Source of the DNA: an uncultured Hormoscilla sp. | GTDB lineage: Bacteria; Cyanobacteriota; Cyanobacteriia; Cyanobacteriales; Desertifilaceae | Direction: 5' to 3' | Length of the DNA: 64,000 nt | Assembly: GCA_963921275.4 (NCBI GenBank) | Contig: OZ001293.3 | Span: forward strand, 6,240,001 to 6,304,000 | Notes under the pieces: model-generated | What the model was told of the DNA's origin: nothing | Database searches by the model: none | What the model saw: only the letters and a program-made list of their open reading frames with translations | Part shown: in pieces, positions 11,613-21,973 of the stretch | Numbering within the stretch: the stretch's first letter is position 1 | Layout of the letters: the number at the start of each line of letters is the position of its first letter | Program-made: the position numbers and the translations under genes

Positions 11613-12455
11613 TCATTGAAAACCTGTAAATTGAGACCGCGCTAGCTGGGTTTGCTGCAAGACCTGTGCGAGTGCGGTCCAATCTTCCTGCTGGATATGG
11701 GAAATCAGCTGGTCGAGGGAATGGCGATAATTATGGAGCGATCGCAACAATTCGGGCCGATTATACTGTGCCATCATCAGACCCAATTCGGGATTGCCGC
11801 CTCCCACACGGCTTGTATCCCGGAAACCAGAACTAGCTAGCTGTTGTACTAGCTTGAGTACCGCCGGATCGACCATGCAGGCGTCAATCAAACTGGCACT
11901 GACCATCACCGGCAAATGAGAAATTAAGGCCACGGCCCGGTCATGGTCTGAGGGGCTACAGTGATACACTCGAGCTTGGAGCGAGCAGGCGATCTCGCAG
12001 AGGGTTTGCAGGGAAGCGGGTAGTGTTGAGGCCACAGGTGTTAACACGTAAGGTCGGCCAGCAAACAATTGTCGCTGTGCCGCATCTATACCACTCTGGG
12101 TAGTTCCCGCCATCGGGTGTCCGCCGACAAAATTAGACCAGATGGGGGTAATTGCTTCGACTACTGGCGTCTTGACCGAACCCACGTCTGTTAAAATTGT
12201 CGCGGGAGATAAATGAGGAATAATTATCTTGACAGTGGGGACGATAGATGCGATCGGCGTGCAAATAAACACGATATCGGCGGCGGCAAGCAGACTGAAA
12301 GCAACGCTAGCATCGTCGGCAACCCCGCGCGCGATCGCCAGTTCGCAAGTATGTTGGTGGCGGCTGACTCCCAAAACCTTAAACCCCACCTGGCGCAAAT
12401 CCAAGCCCAAAGATCCGCCAATCAGCCCCAGTCCTACAATACCAATATTCATCAT
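11613..12455 (-). CDS. tyrA: Prephenate/arogenate dehydrogenase
   Basis: GLGLIGGS, TDVGSVK, GGHPMAG, SHLP, GFRDTSR. Confidence 0.95.
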   Translation of the reverse strand: MMNIGIVGLGLIGGSLGLDLRQVGFKVLGVSRHQHTCELAIARGVADDASVAFSLLAAADIVFICTPIASIVPTVKIIIPHLSPATILTDVGSVKTPVVEAITPIWSNFVGGHPMAGTTQSGIDAAQRQLFAGRPYVLTPVASTLPASLQTLCEIACSLQARVYHCSPSDHDRAVALISHLPVMVSASLIDACMVDPAVLKLVQQLASSGFRDTSRVGGGNPELGLMMAQYNRPELLRSLHNYRHSLDQLISHIQQEDWTALAQVLQQTQLARSQFTGFQ

Positions 12456-12530
12456 GGTGCATCATTTTTAATCAGCTCAGCCCTAAAGGCATGATAGCCT
12501 TTAGTCCCAAACAAATCATAGATACCAGCG

Positions 12531-14950
12531 ATGGAAGCAGAGGAAATAGTAAAAAGCTATGCAGCTGGAGAACGAGACTTTGGTGCAATCAAGCTGACTG
12601 AGTTGAATCTGAGTGGCGTCAATCTCAGCGAAGCCAATTTCAGCCGTGCCAACTTATCTGTAGCCAACCTCAGTGGTGCCAATCTGAGTAAATCAAACCT
12701 GTCTAACGCCAAACTGAATGTGGCCAGACTCAGCGGTTGCAATCTCACCCATGCCAACTTCAACGGAGCCATCCTGAATGTAGCTAATCTGGTGTGAGCC
12801 GATCTGACTGGTTCGACATTGGTTCAAGCTGGGTTAATTAGAGCAGTGCTCATTAGAGCCGAACTTTCTTATGTAGACCTGTCTCGCGCTAACCTGACTG
12901 GAGCAGATCTGAGAGAAGCTACCCTCAGACAAGCTAATCTGAGTGGAGCCAACTTGTCGGAGGTGGATTTAAGGGGAACTTCCCTGACGGGAGCTAACCT
13001 ACAGGGAGCCAGTGCGATTCGTTCTAGCCTAACGTGGTCAAACACGGAACGCTAGCCCGGTTTCATTAGCCGGGAACTCTGACCGCATGGGGGTTAAATT
13101 CCCCTCCCCCCAGGTACGGGGGTGACACCGGTCCTCGGTGCTACGAAGCGACATCATCGTGGTGCTAAGCGAGGACTCAAATGTAGGATAACTGGCAGCC
13201 TAAGCCGGTGACGCCGCTAGGAAAGATATCCAAGGTTAGAGCAGGCAAACATGTGCAAGCCTCGTTATAAGGAACCAGCGAAATAAGGCTATATGCGCTG
13301 GCCTAAAAAGGAAATGGTAGCTAGTATTAGTTTTAGACTCTGGCTAATATAGTACTCAAATAGCTCCCGGGGTATAGTGTGGACCTAAAGGTATCGCGAA
13401 ATGTTGTTAGGGAACGAAGTAACCTCTCGTGTGCTGTCCATCAGGACAAGTTAGATGTTAAGCGCAAGCCACGGGGGGAGGGATGGCCCAAGAAGCGAAT
13501 GCCCGGGGTAATTCCTGGGATAACATCTACAGTAATGTAGATGATGCTGGGTAGCCAGCGCTGACGTGGGTCGGTGATACTAGGAAGCTGCTGGAATGAG
13601 TAATCCTAAAAAGCCACGGAACTAATCCGAAACGCAAGTGGAGGATAAGGTATGGATAACTGGTAAAACTGACTTGAAAATGGTGATACTAACGGTTATC
13701 AGAACAACCACTCGCTAAACCAGGAAAGGGAAGAAAAGACAGGCGGCAAGGGCTAACGGAAGTAATTCCTATTAAGTCTACCTATGAAAAGGGCCTAGTA
13801 CCCAGTAGCCGGATGCGGTGAAAATCGCAAGTCCGGTTCCTCAAGGGAGGGTCGGGAAGCGATTCCCGGCTCGACCCCATCCACTTACATGGCACTGATA
13901 TGAGTCGGTCTGACATGAGCGGGGTAGACCTGAGAGAAGCGGACCTCAGACATGCCAATTTGAATCGCACTAATCTCAGTGGCGCTAACCTCAGTGGTGC
14001 TAACCTGAGATGGGTTGACCTGAGTGGAGCGAATCTCAGTTGGGCGGATCTGAGCGAGGCCAAGTTGAGCGGCACCAACTTAATTGGATCTGACTTGAGC
14101 AATGCTAACTTAGTCAATACTAGTATGGTACATGCTGACCTGACCCAGGCAAATTTGATTAAGGCAGATTGGAGCGGTGCGGTGCGACTTTAACTGGGGC
14201 AAAACTTTATGGTGTCTCGCGGTTTTGCCTGAAAACAGAAGGGATGACCTGTGAGTGGGTTGACCTCAGCCCCGATGGGGACCATTCTTATGTCTATCAT
14301 TTCACCCCAGAAGAATTTCAGCAGTTTTTCAATCCCACTCCACCTAAGGTAGAGATTGTTGTCGATGCCAGGTTGGATCACTTAGCTAGCTTGGCATTGG
14401 CTAATGCTTATTATCAAATTGCTCGGCAATACTCAGCCATGAGCAGTCCTCCCAGTATTAAAGTGGGTCACCGTCGCACCACGCTCACATTTGTCCTTGA
14501 CAGCGACGAGCATTATTTCCCATTGCCTACGTTGCCATTCTTCCCTTTAAGGATGCTGCCGCTACTCAGGGACGTCTGAGCGATTTGATGGATACGATAC
14601 GATCGCCCAGTCTGGACGAATACCTGAGGATTAAAGATCACAATCATATTATGAAAGTCAACCAGTATCTGAGTAAAATCATGGGCAAGCTAGCAAAAAT
14701 ATCACTTACCTCAAATCTGCCGACAAAATCAGTTAAATTCTTTGATGTTCCCACCCAGGTGGTGTTGACAGATTCCAGCGCTCAGATCTTAACTGTATAT
14801 CATCACCAAAATTTTGGCAAGCGTTTCTTAAATGCAGTTGCTTTGCCTAAAGATGATTCGGTAAAATATCTGAAATACTTGACATCCCCTCTGCCTACCA
14901 TGAGTCTGATAGCTGATTTTATTAAGGGTTTCTATGACATGGTAAAATAG
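12531..14950 (+). pseudogene. Pentapeptide-repeat protein with in-frame TGA (12795), sense-strand intron (13012-13882) and frameshifts near 14182 and 14515
   Basis: YAAGERDF start and A(N/D)L repeats. Intron removal gives GCC A|AC TTA CAT = GANLHGTDM, in frame with ORF 13900. Confidence 0.9.
13012..13882 (+). mobile_element. ORF-less group II intron, type A, copy 2 (871 nt)
   Basis: GTGCG start, EBS1 loop AGACTC at 13335-13340, domain V at 13806-13839, end GACCCCATCC. Confidence 0.95.
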
Positions 14951-15029
14951 TTGGTGTATTATTCATTGATAATCCTTGAGAGGAGATCGAGTTGACAAGG
15001 GATAATTAAAGATTAACAATATAAAGATC

Positions 15030-15391
15030 GTGGCACGAAAAAAAAATCCAAGACTCAGCAAGAAAATAGCGATCGCATCGTCTACCGCGAATTTGGCAAG
15101 GCGGAAAACTCAGAGGCGATCGCTAGGGGCAAACAGCAACTTCCTCCGAACCAGCAAAATCTGAGAGTGCAAGCATCTCGGAAGGGACGTAAGGGTAAAA
15201 CTGTGACGGTAATAAGTGGTTTTCAGCAGCAACCGGAAAGCTTGGCAGAGCTGCTGAAAAAATTGAAAACTCAGTGTGGCGCTGGGGGCGCAGTGAAGGA
15301 AAATACGATTTAAATTCAGGGAGATCATACTCAAAAGCTGCTGGAAATATTGACAAACATGGAATACAAAGCTAAAATAAGTGGTAGATAG
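15030..15391 (+). pseudogene. yciH: SUI1/YciH translation-initiation-factor homolog with in-frame TAA (15311) and a probable poly-A frameshift
   Basis: Manual translation gives DRIVYREFG...RKGRKGKTVTVISG...LKTQCGAGG...NTI*IQGDH. Absent from the ORF track. Confidence 0.85.
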
Positions 15392-15409
15392 CGCAAATGT
15401 GGTAAGATT

Positions 15410-16201
15410 ATGTTAGCATTAACAGATCCTTATGAAGTAACCTGGGAAAAGTTACCTGATGATTTTGTTTTAGACAACGATCCCGTGGATAATATTAATC
15501 AACCCCCGATCGCCGCTGCTCTCACAGAAAGCCTAGAAATAGCTGGCAGCCTGCCAGCTAATGCCTTAACCACCACTAATTATGGAATCTGTGCTACTCT
15601 AAATGGCAGAATGGTGGTGAAAGCACCAGATTGGGGGTATGTGCCATTTATTCGGGTAGCCCGAGCAGAAGTAATGCGCAGTTATACTCCCATCCTCCAA
15701 GGGGAACCACCTGCCATTGTCATGGAATTTATCTCGGATACAGAAAGACACGAGTATTCCAGCAAGGAAAGCGATCCTCCAGGCAAGTGGTTTTTTTACG
15801 AACAAGTTTTAAGAGTTCCTAACTATGCCATTTTTGAGCCGCAAACAGGATATCTCAAGGTCTATCAGTTAAGCGATCGCGGACTTTATATACGCAGACG
15901 GCCCGATAGCAAGAACCGTTACTGGATTTCGGAAATGAGCTTGTTTCTGGGCATATGGGAAGGAACCCGTGAAAACCGCACTGGCTACTGGTTGCGCTGG
16001 TGGGATGAAGCAGGAGAACTTTTGCTGTGGGGTTCAGAGTTAGTCGCAAGAGAGCGCCAGCGAGCCGAACTCGAACGCCAGCGAGCCGAACTCGAACACC
16101 AGCGAGCCGAACAGGAGCGCCAGCGAGCCGAACTCGAACGCCAGCGAGTTGAACAATTGATAGCACAGCTACGGGCAGCAGGAATTGAACCAGAGTTGTA
16201 A
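15410..16201 (+). CDS. Uma2-family endonuclease
   Basis: VKAPDWGYV, IVMEFIS, WLRWWD, and a heptad ERQRAEL tail. Confidence 0.9.
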   Translation: MLALTDPYEVTWEKLPDDFVLDNDPVDNINQPPIAAALTESLEIAGSLPANALTTTNYGICATLNGRMVVKAPDWGYVPFIRVARAEVMRSYTPILQGEPPAIVMEFISDTERHEYSSKESDPPGKWFFYEQVLRVPNYAIFEPQTGYLKVYQLSDRGLYIRRRPDSKNRYWISEMSLFLGIWEGTRENRTGYWLRWWDEAGELLLWGSELVARERQRAELERQRAELEHQRAEQERQRAELERQRVEQLIAQLRAAGIEPEL

Positions 16202-16239
16202 GATATCCTCCAGTCACCACGCCCTCACCCGTTCCCAGG

Positions 16240-16347
16240 CCGGTGTCTGGAGCATGCCGTGCCGGCGTCTGGACCGTGCCGAGTCCTTCAGGACAAGAGC
16301 ACGGGGAAGACGCCGGACTTCAGGACAAGAGCATGCGGAAGACGGCG
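16240..16347. repeat. Nested copies of a ~51-bp palindromic element inside a GTTCCCAGGC...GGGAACGAG REP
   Basis: CCGGYGTCT...GTCCTTCAGGAC...AGACGCCG unit; the same unit occurs in mutL at 54270. Confidence 0.75.
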
Positions 16348-16497
16348 GCAGAGCCGTGGGAACGAGGGGTCCGGCTACGAGGAGGGGGGGGCGAAGACAG
16401 CCGGTGCTACAACTACTTTTGACCACACTTGTCGTGCATTTAAATGCACGACAGCTTAAGCTAAAATCGATAGTAGAAAGTCACGGAAGGTAGGAAC

Positions 16498-17231
16498 ATG
16501 TTTACCGGAACAGATGTTTATGAAGTAATCTGGGAAAACTATGAAGTAACCTGGGAAAAGTTACCTGATGATTTTGTTTTAGACGAAGCCCCAGTAGATA
16601 GTATTAATCAACCCCTGCTCGCGGCGGCTCTTACAGAAAGCCTAGTGATGGCTGGCAGGCTACCAGCCAATGCCTTAATTACTACTAATTATGGGCTCTG
16701 TGCCACTGTAAATAATCAAATAGTTGTGAAAGCGCCAGATTGGGGGTACGTGCCATCTATGAGGGTGGCCAGAGAAGAAATCCTGCGCAGTTATACCCCC
16801 TATATTCAAGGCGATCTACCTGCCATTGTGATGGAATTTCTTTCGGATCCGGAAGGAAACCACGAGTATTCCATGAATGATGATTATCCTCCAGGCAAGT
16901 TTTTTTTTACGAAAAAGTTTTAAGAGTTCCTAACTACGTCATTTTTGAGCCGGAAACGGGAGCGCTCGTAGTCTATCGGTTCAATTCTGAGGAACTTTGT
17001 TATCAACGCCGACAGGCCGATGGCAATAACCGTTACTGGATTCCGGAAATGAGCTTGTGTCTGGGCATCTGGGAAGGCACCCGCGAAAACCGCACTGGCT
17101 ATTGGTTGCGCTGGTGGGATGAAGCAGGAGAACTTTTGCTGTGGGGTTCGGAGTTAGTCGCCAGGGAACGCCAGCGAGTTGAACAATTGATAGCACAGCT
17201 ACGGGCAGCGGGAATTGAGCCAGAGTTGTAA
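16498..17231 (+). pseudogene. Tandem Uma2 paralog, frameshifted in a poly-T run near 16905
   Basis: Paralogous to 15410-16201 on both sides of the break at GKFFF. Confidence 0.85.
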
Positions 17232-17475
17232 GATATTCTCCAGTTAATGCCCATATCTTGTTATATAGGGCATGGCTGATATCAGCAAGATCGGGCGATC
17301 GCCTCGGGACTGAAACAAATCGATTCTATCATTCGTCACTAGCCTCAGTGCTAAGATATTCTTTTCATCCGAAAGGATATCTATTGACAATTGAGCGTTT
17401 TCATGCTAATCTAAAGATATATTTAGCACTCGGAGATCGAGTCACGTTAATGTTTCTGTTTTGAAGGAGGCTTAA

Positions 17476-17637
17476 ATGGGCGATTTAATTAGAATTTTGT
17501 GTGCGATTTTATTGCCCCCCTTGGGAGTATTCTTACAAGTTGGTCTTGGCAAGGATTTTTGGATTAATATCCTCTTGACTCTGCTCGGTTATCTTCCCGG
17601 AATTATACATGCAGTCTGGGTGATTGCCAGGAAATAA
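17476..17637 (+). CDS. YqaE/Pmp3-family small membrane protein (53 aa)
   Basis: GAAGGAGG RBS; MGDLIRILCAILLPPLGVFLQVG...INILLTLLGYLPGIIHAVWVIARK. Below the ORF-track cutoff. Confidence 0.92.
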   Translation: MGDLIRILCAILLPPLGVFLQVGLGKDFWINILLTLLGYLPGIIHAVWVIARK

Positions 17638-17717
17638 TCGCCGCTCTGTGAGATAATTGCTAATAATTTAATGGTTCACGGTCAGGTTAATAACCACGAA
17701 CCATTAATTATTAGAGG

Positions 17718-19395
17718 CTAATTAAAGATCTCGGCAAAAAACAACTGCATGGCCGACCAAGAACGCCGGTCAGCATCTCGATTGTAAGCTGCCCCTTTAG
17801 ACGGGTCGTTGCCAGCTTTGGGATTTGTAAAGCTGTGGACTGCGCCGCCGTAAGATATCATTTGCCAGTCAACATTAGCTTGGCGCATCTCCTCGGTAAA
17901 GGCTGCAACCTGTTCTTTGGGCACGAAGGGATCCTCGGCACCATGCAATACTAAGATTTGGCCTTTAATAACCTAAGTTGCGACCTATTAAAAAAAATAT
18001 GAATTACCCAACAATTTTTGTTCTTTGTGACGAGCTACTAAAAGCGTTAAATATAAAAGAAGATCCACAAGTAAAAATGAACAATGCCGAAGTGATGACA
18101 GTCGGATTAGTTGCTGCATATTTTTTCGGAGGACACCACGATCGCTCTTGTCAATTTATGGTCGAACACAAGTATATAAAAAATCTGTTAAGTAAAAGTA
18201 GGTTCAATCGTCGATTACACAATATTGACGAACCAATTTGGATGTTTTTCTTCCAAGTTATAGCTCAAACATTTAAAGAGCTCAATCCGGGTCAAGAATA
18301 TATTCTTGATAGTTTCCCGGTGCCAGTATGTGATAATATTAGGATTGATAGATGCCAAATTTATAACAAAGAAGAATATCGAGGGTATATTGCCAGTAAA
18401 AAACGTTATTTTTATGGATTAAGAGTTCATATGTTGGTAAACAAAAATGGAAAGCCAATAGAATTTTATCTAGATCCTGGTAGTTATAATGATGTTAAAG
18501 TTTTGCAATCTTTTGGCTTTGACTTACCATCAAATTCAATAGTTTATGGAGATAAAGCTTATAATGATTATCAATTAGAGGATTTACTAAAAGAGTCGTC
18601 AAGTATAATGTTAAAACCTTTGCGAAAAAAGAACTCAAAAAGAAAAGAATATTCTTGTTTTGAATATATACAAAAAGTAACAAGAAAACAAGTTGAAACC
18701 TGTTTTAGTCGAATCACCAATTTGTTTCCCAAGTCAATTCATGCTGTTACATCTAAGGGATTAGAGTTGAAAATAATTCTCTTTATCATAGCTTTTTGTA
18801 TCCAATTTTTATAGGTCGCAACTTGAGTTTTAATATTATTAGCATCTGTGGGATTGGCTGTATCCAGATTGCCGTGGAAGCTGACTACACCCGCTACTTT
18901 CGCACCGCTACGGGCTAATTCTAGCACCGTGCCGCCGCCGAAACAATAGCCGATCGCCTCCAGGCGGTTGTTTTTGGAAAGGGGATGGTTTCGCAATACC
19001 TTTAACCCAGCGTTCGCCCGATCGCGCATCAACTGACGGTCGGATCGATAGATAGTCGCTTGAGTTTTCGCCTCTTCTCTATTTTTGGGTCTGACGCCCT
19101 TACCGTAGATATCCGCAGCAAAAGCTACATAGCCCATCTGGGCCAATTTTTCCGCTTTTTGTTGATAAAAATCTCCCAGTCCCATCCAGTCGTGGACTAC
19201 CAATACCCCCGGACGTTTTCCCCTGACTGAATTGTCGTAGGCCAGATAACCGCTAAGGATCGTATCTCCTTGCTGGTATTCGACTATTTCTGTATGTAAG
19301 GTCGGTTGCGCTGCCCTTGTGCCCCCGATCGCCTCGATACCGAATAATACCGCACAGAGGATCGACAGAGAGTATTTTTTAATGGTGTTCCTCAT
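17718..19395 (-). pseudogene. Dienelactone-hydrolase-family protein split by IS982
   Basis: GYCFGG and VSFHG upstream, HSFTNP downstream. Removing the IS plus one TSD copy gives DANNIKGQILVLHGAEDP. Confidence 0.92.
17971..18828 (+). mobile_element. IS982-family insertion sequence (858 bp), transposase ~17999-18814
   Basis: Terminal IRs ACCTAAGTTGCGACCTAT / ATAGGTCGCAACTTGAGT, 7-bp TSD TTTAATA, DDE motifs LDSFP, YGDKAY, RKQVET. Confidence 0.92.
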
Positions 19396-19463
19396 GTTTC
19401 TACCTCACTTTTCTCGATCTCTTGTCAGTTGTGGGTTGTCAGTTGTCCAGTAACCACTAACTA

Positions 19464-19971
19464 CTAACCACTTGGTAGTGGCGCAGTGCGGACTTTTAAT
19501 TTTCCGAAGCGATCGCCCCGTTTAATCTTCAACTGCAACCTAGAACCAACAATACTGTCAGCGACAATATTCTGCACCTGCTCGACAGTAGTAATTGTTT
19601 GTCCATTTACTTGTGTAATCGTATCGCCTCGACGAATTCCCGCTGCTGCCGCCGGTCCTTCCTCTGAAAGTAAGGTCACCAATACTCCACTTGATGGTAA
19701 CAGATAAAAAGCATTGGGATCTTTGTTATTCCGTTCTGCCAACTCTGGCATCAGCGTCATCATCTGAATTTCTATATAGGGAGGACCAACTATTTCCTTT
19801 TTGCCCCGGATACTGGCTTTTCTGAAGAATCTAATTACTGGCAAAACCGAGACAAAAAATATAACTAAGAACAGTACGACCAGGAAGACAATAGCAACAA
19901 TCCCGACTAGCCATATGGTCCAATTGTGATAATTGTAAGCTGTCTAATTTTGTTGACAAGCACTCAATCAT
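19464..19971 (-). pseudogene. Membrane-anchored PDZ-domain protein, probable frameshift near 19915
   Basis: GPAAAAGIRRGDTITQVNG PDZ motif. The upstream TM segment is out of frame with the ATG at 19971. Confidence 0.6.
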
Positions 19972-20071
19972 CGCTTCTTTATCTAACAATATAATAATCA
20001 GATGTTAGTGGTTAGTTGTCCGTTGTTGGTTGCCAGTTGTTGGTTTTCCGCCAACCACTAACTACTAACTA

Positions 20072-21169
20072 CTAACCACTAACTACTAACTGTAGACATA
20101 GAGAGTTAAAGAACTCTATAATATTCGCGGGCGATCTCCTCAATATGGCGGCGCGATCGAGATGATTGATGATGCGCCGGGCATTGTAAAAATCGCGGGA
20201 GTTGCCGTTAATGTAATCGCTGAGCTTGTAACTGGTAAAGGTGCCATCCCGCATACCGATGACCAGAATCTTAGCGGCGATCGGCATCTCCGCTGCTTTT
20301 TCGGGATGATTCACCAGGTCGATACCCAATCGATTACTCCAATCGGTATAATTGTATCGTCCCGTGACTTGCAGAAAGCCGCGTCCCTTATAGCGAGGAC
20401 CGTCTCCGGGCTGAGTATTTCCCAAATCAGATCGCCCTTCATAGGCCCAACCGCTAGCAAATTCTACCATCCATTGTCCCAGATGAGATTCATGTTCTGT
20501 CGTGGCAAAAATATAGGCAATTTGTCCTTTATCAGTAACCCCATTTGCAGCACATTCCTGCAATATTAAGGGAATCGACTGCCCAGCATAGGCACGAAAA
20601 TTTGCTGGCACCGACGCGACAACATGGTCCACGTCAATAGAAGCAATTTCATTCTTGTATGGCCGATAAGCTTCTACATGTTTGCCCTGCAAAGCTGCCC
20701 AAGTATTTTGACCTACAATGCCATCAACTCCTAGACCTTGACTGCTCTGGAATCTTTTCACCGCGTCCTCTGTTCCCCGACCAAATTCACCATCTGATGG
20801 TTCATTCTTGGAAAGCACTCCCTTTTCTTTCAGTAAATCCTGAAGGATTTTAACGTCATTTTTCAATTCAGGGGTATCAATTCCATCACGGAAGCGGAGC
20901 ATTGGATGTCTTTGGGGCGGCGTGGAGGAAACCCGGTTTAAGACTGACCAGGTGTTCGGACCAACAATTCCATCCGCAATTAAGCCGTTATTCTGCTGTA
21001 AACTTTTAACGGCAGCTTCAGTTGTGGAGTCGAATCGACCATCGGATGGTACGTCAGCAGCAAGTACGCTGGCTTTTTTCAATAAATCTTGCAGCTCCAC
21101 GACTTGATTGTGCAAATTAGGGTAATCTATACCATCGCCCTTACGCAGTAGAGGCTGTTTGTTTGCCAT
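20072..21169 (-). CDS. Peptidoglycan-binding + GH19 (chitinase/lysozyme-like) hydrolase, copy 1, frameshifted C-terminal tail
   Basis: Two DGIVG.NTW PG-binding repeats, HES and YKGRGFLQVTGRYNY. The tail diverges from the paralog after HLDRA. Confidence 0.85.
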   Translation of the reverse strand: MANKQPLLRKGDGIDYPNLHNQVVELQDLLKKASVLAADVPSDGRFDSTTEAAVKSLQQNNGLIADGIVGPNTWSVLNRVSSTPPQRHPMLRFRDGIDTPELKNDVKILQDLLKEKGVLSKNEPSDGEFGRGTEDAVKRFQSSQGLGVDGIVGQNTWAALQGKHVEAYRPYKNEIASIDVDHVVASVPANFRAYAGQSIPLILQECAANGVTDKGQIAYIFATTEHESHLGQWMVEFASGWAYEGRSDLGNTQPGDGPRYKGRGFLQVTGRYNYTDWSNRLGIDLVNHPEKAAEMPIAAKILVIGMRDGTFTSYKLSDYINGNSRDFYNARRIINHLDRAAILRRSPANIIEFFNSLCLQLVVSG

Positions 21170-21973
21170 TGATTTTTTTTCTCCCTGATATGCTTACTTG
21201 ACTTACGCTCCGGCGATCTGCATAGGTACGGTGGGGCACAGATATAGCCTCTTGCAGGGAGTGGGGAAGAGAAACTAGATCTCTCATCTCCGTTACTCCC
21301 TACTGGGTGCATCTGGTGTTTTGCTTCTCGAGCAATTGAAAATTGAAAATTGTTTCATGGAGCAAGTATAAATTCAGAATGGCTCCATTTTCCATAGCGC
21401 GTAGCGCACTGCGTATACGCAATTCGCAATTAGCCCTTTTCTCTTCGCAAATACAAATGCTTGCATTGAGATGCTCCCTCCCTACTCCCTACTCCCAAAC
21501 CGAGAAGTCTTGGGGTGGGCCATTGCCCACATCTGCTACCTATGGATGGCAGAGTAGCAAGCGTAAGTTTTGACTGTATGGGAATTATCCCAGAAAGGAG
21601 ATCTATCCGTCAAGTAGTTTGCGCAATTACAGAGTCGTTGTGCCCTGCTGGTCAACTTGCGGGGTTTTGACCAAGGCTGTAATGGACTGCTGTTGCCACG
21701 CCGAGGCGATCTCCCCTGCTACATCCGGTGCCTAGCAACAATCCCGACTCGCCTATTCTGGTCCGATTGTGATAATTTTCAACTGTCTAATTTTGCTGAC
21801 CAGTACTCAAGCATCACTTCAAAATATAACAATTCTTAAATCAGATGTCAGCTGTTGCTTGTCAGTTGTTACTTTTCCACTAACCGCTAATTACTAACCA
21901 CTAACCACCTTCTGATTATTATATTGTCAAACCCTGTAACAGTAGCTAGATATCATCCTGTAGACATATACAG

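Noticed and set aside
12995..13005. An EBS2-IBS2 pairing for type A
   Set aside because: Positions -13 to -8 share no convincing consensus across the five sites, so it was left unassigned.
13516..13804. A protein-coding ORF inside intron domain IV
   Set aside because: The ORF track shows no ORF of 60 aa or more wholly within the intron, the sense frames I read contain stops, and no RT motif (e.g. YADD) is visible.
14177..14186. GTGCGGTGCG in the pentapeptide gene as an intron scar
   Set aside because: It is a 5-bp tandem duplication of existing coding sequence with no IBS1 match upstream; slippage is more likely.
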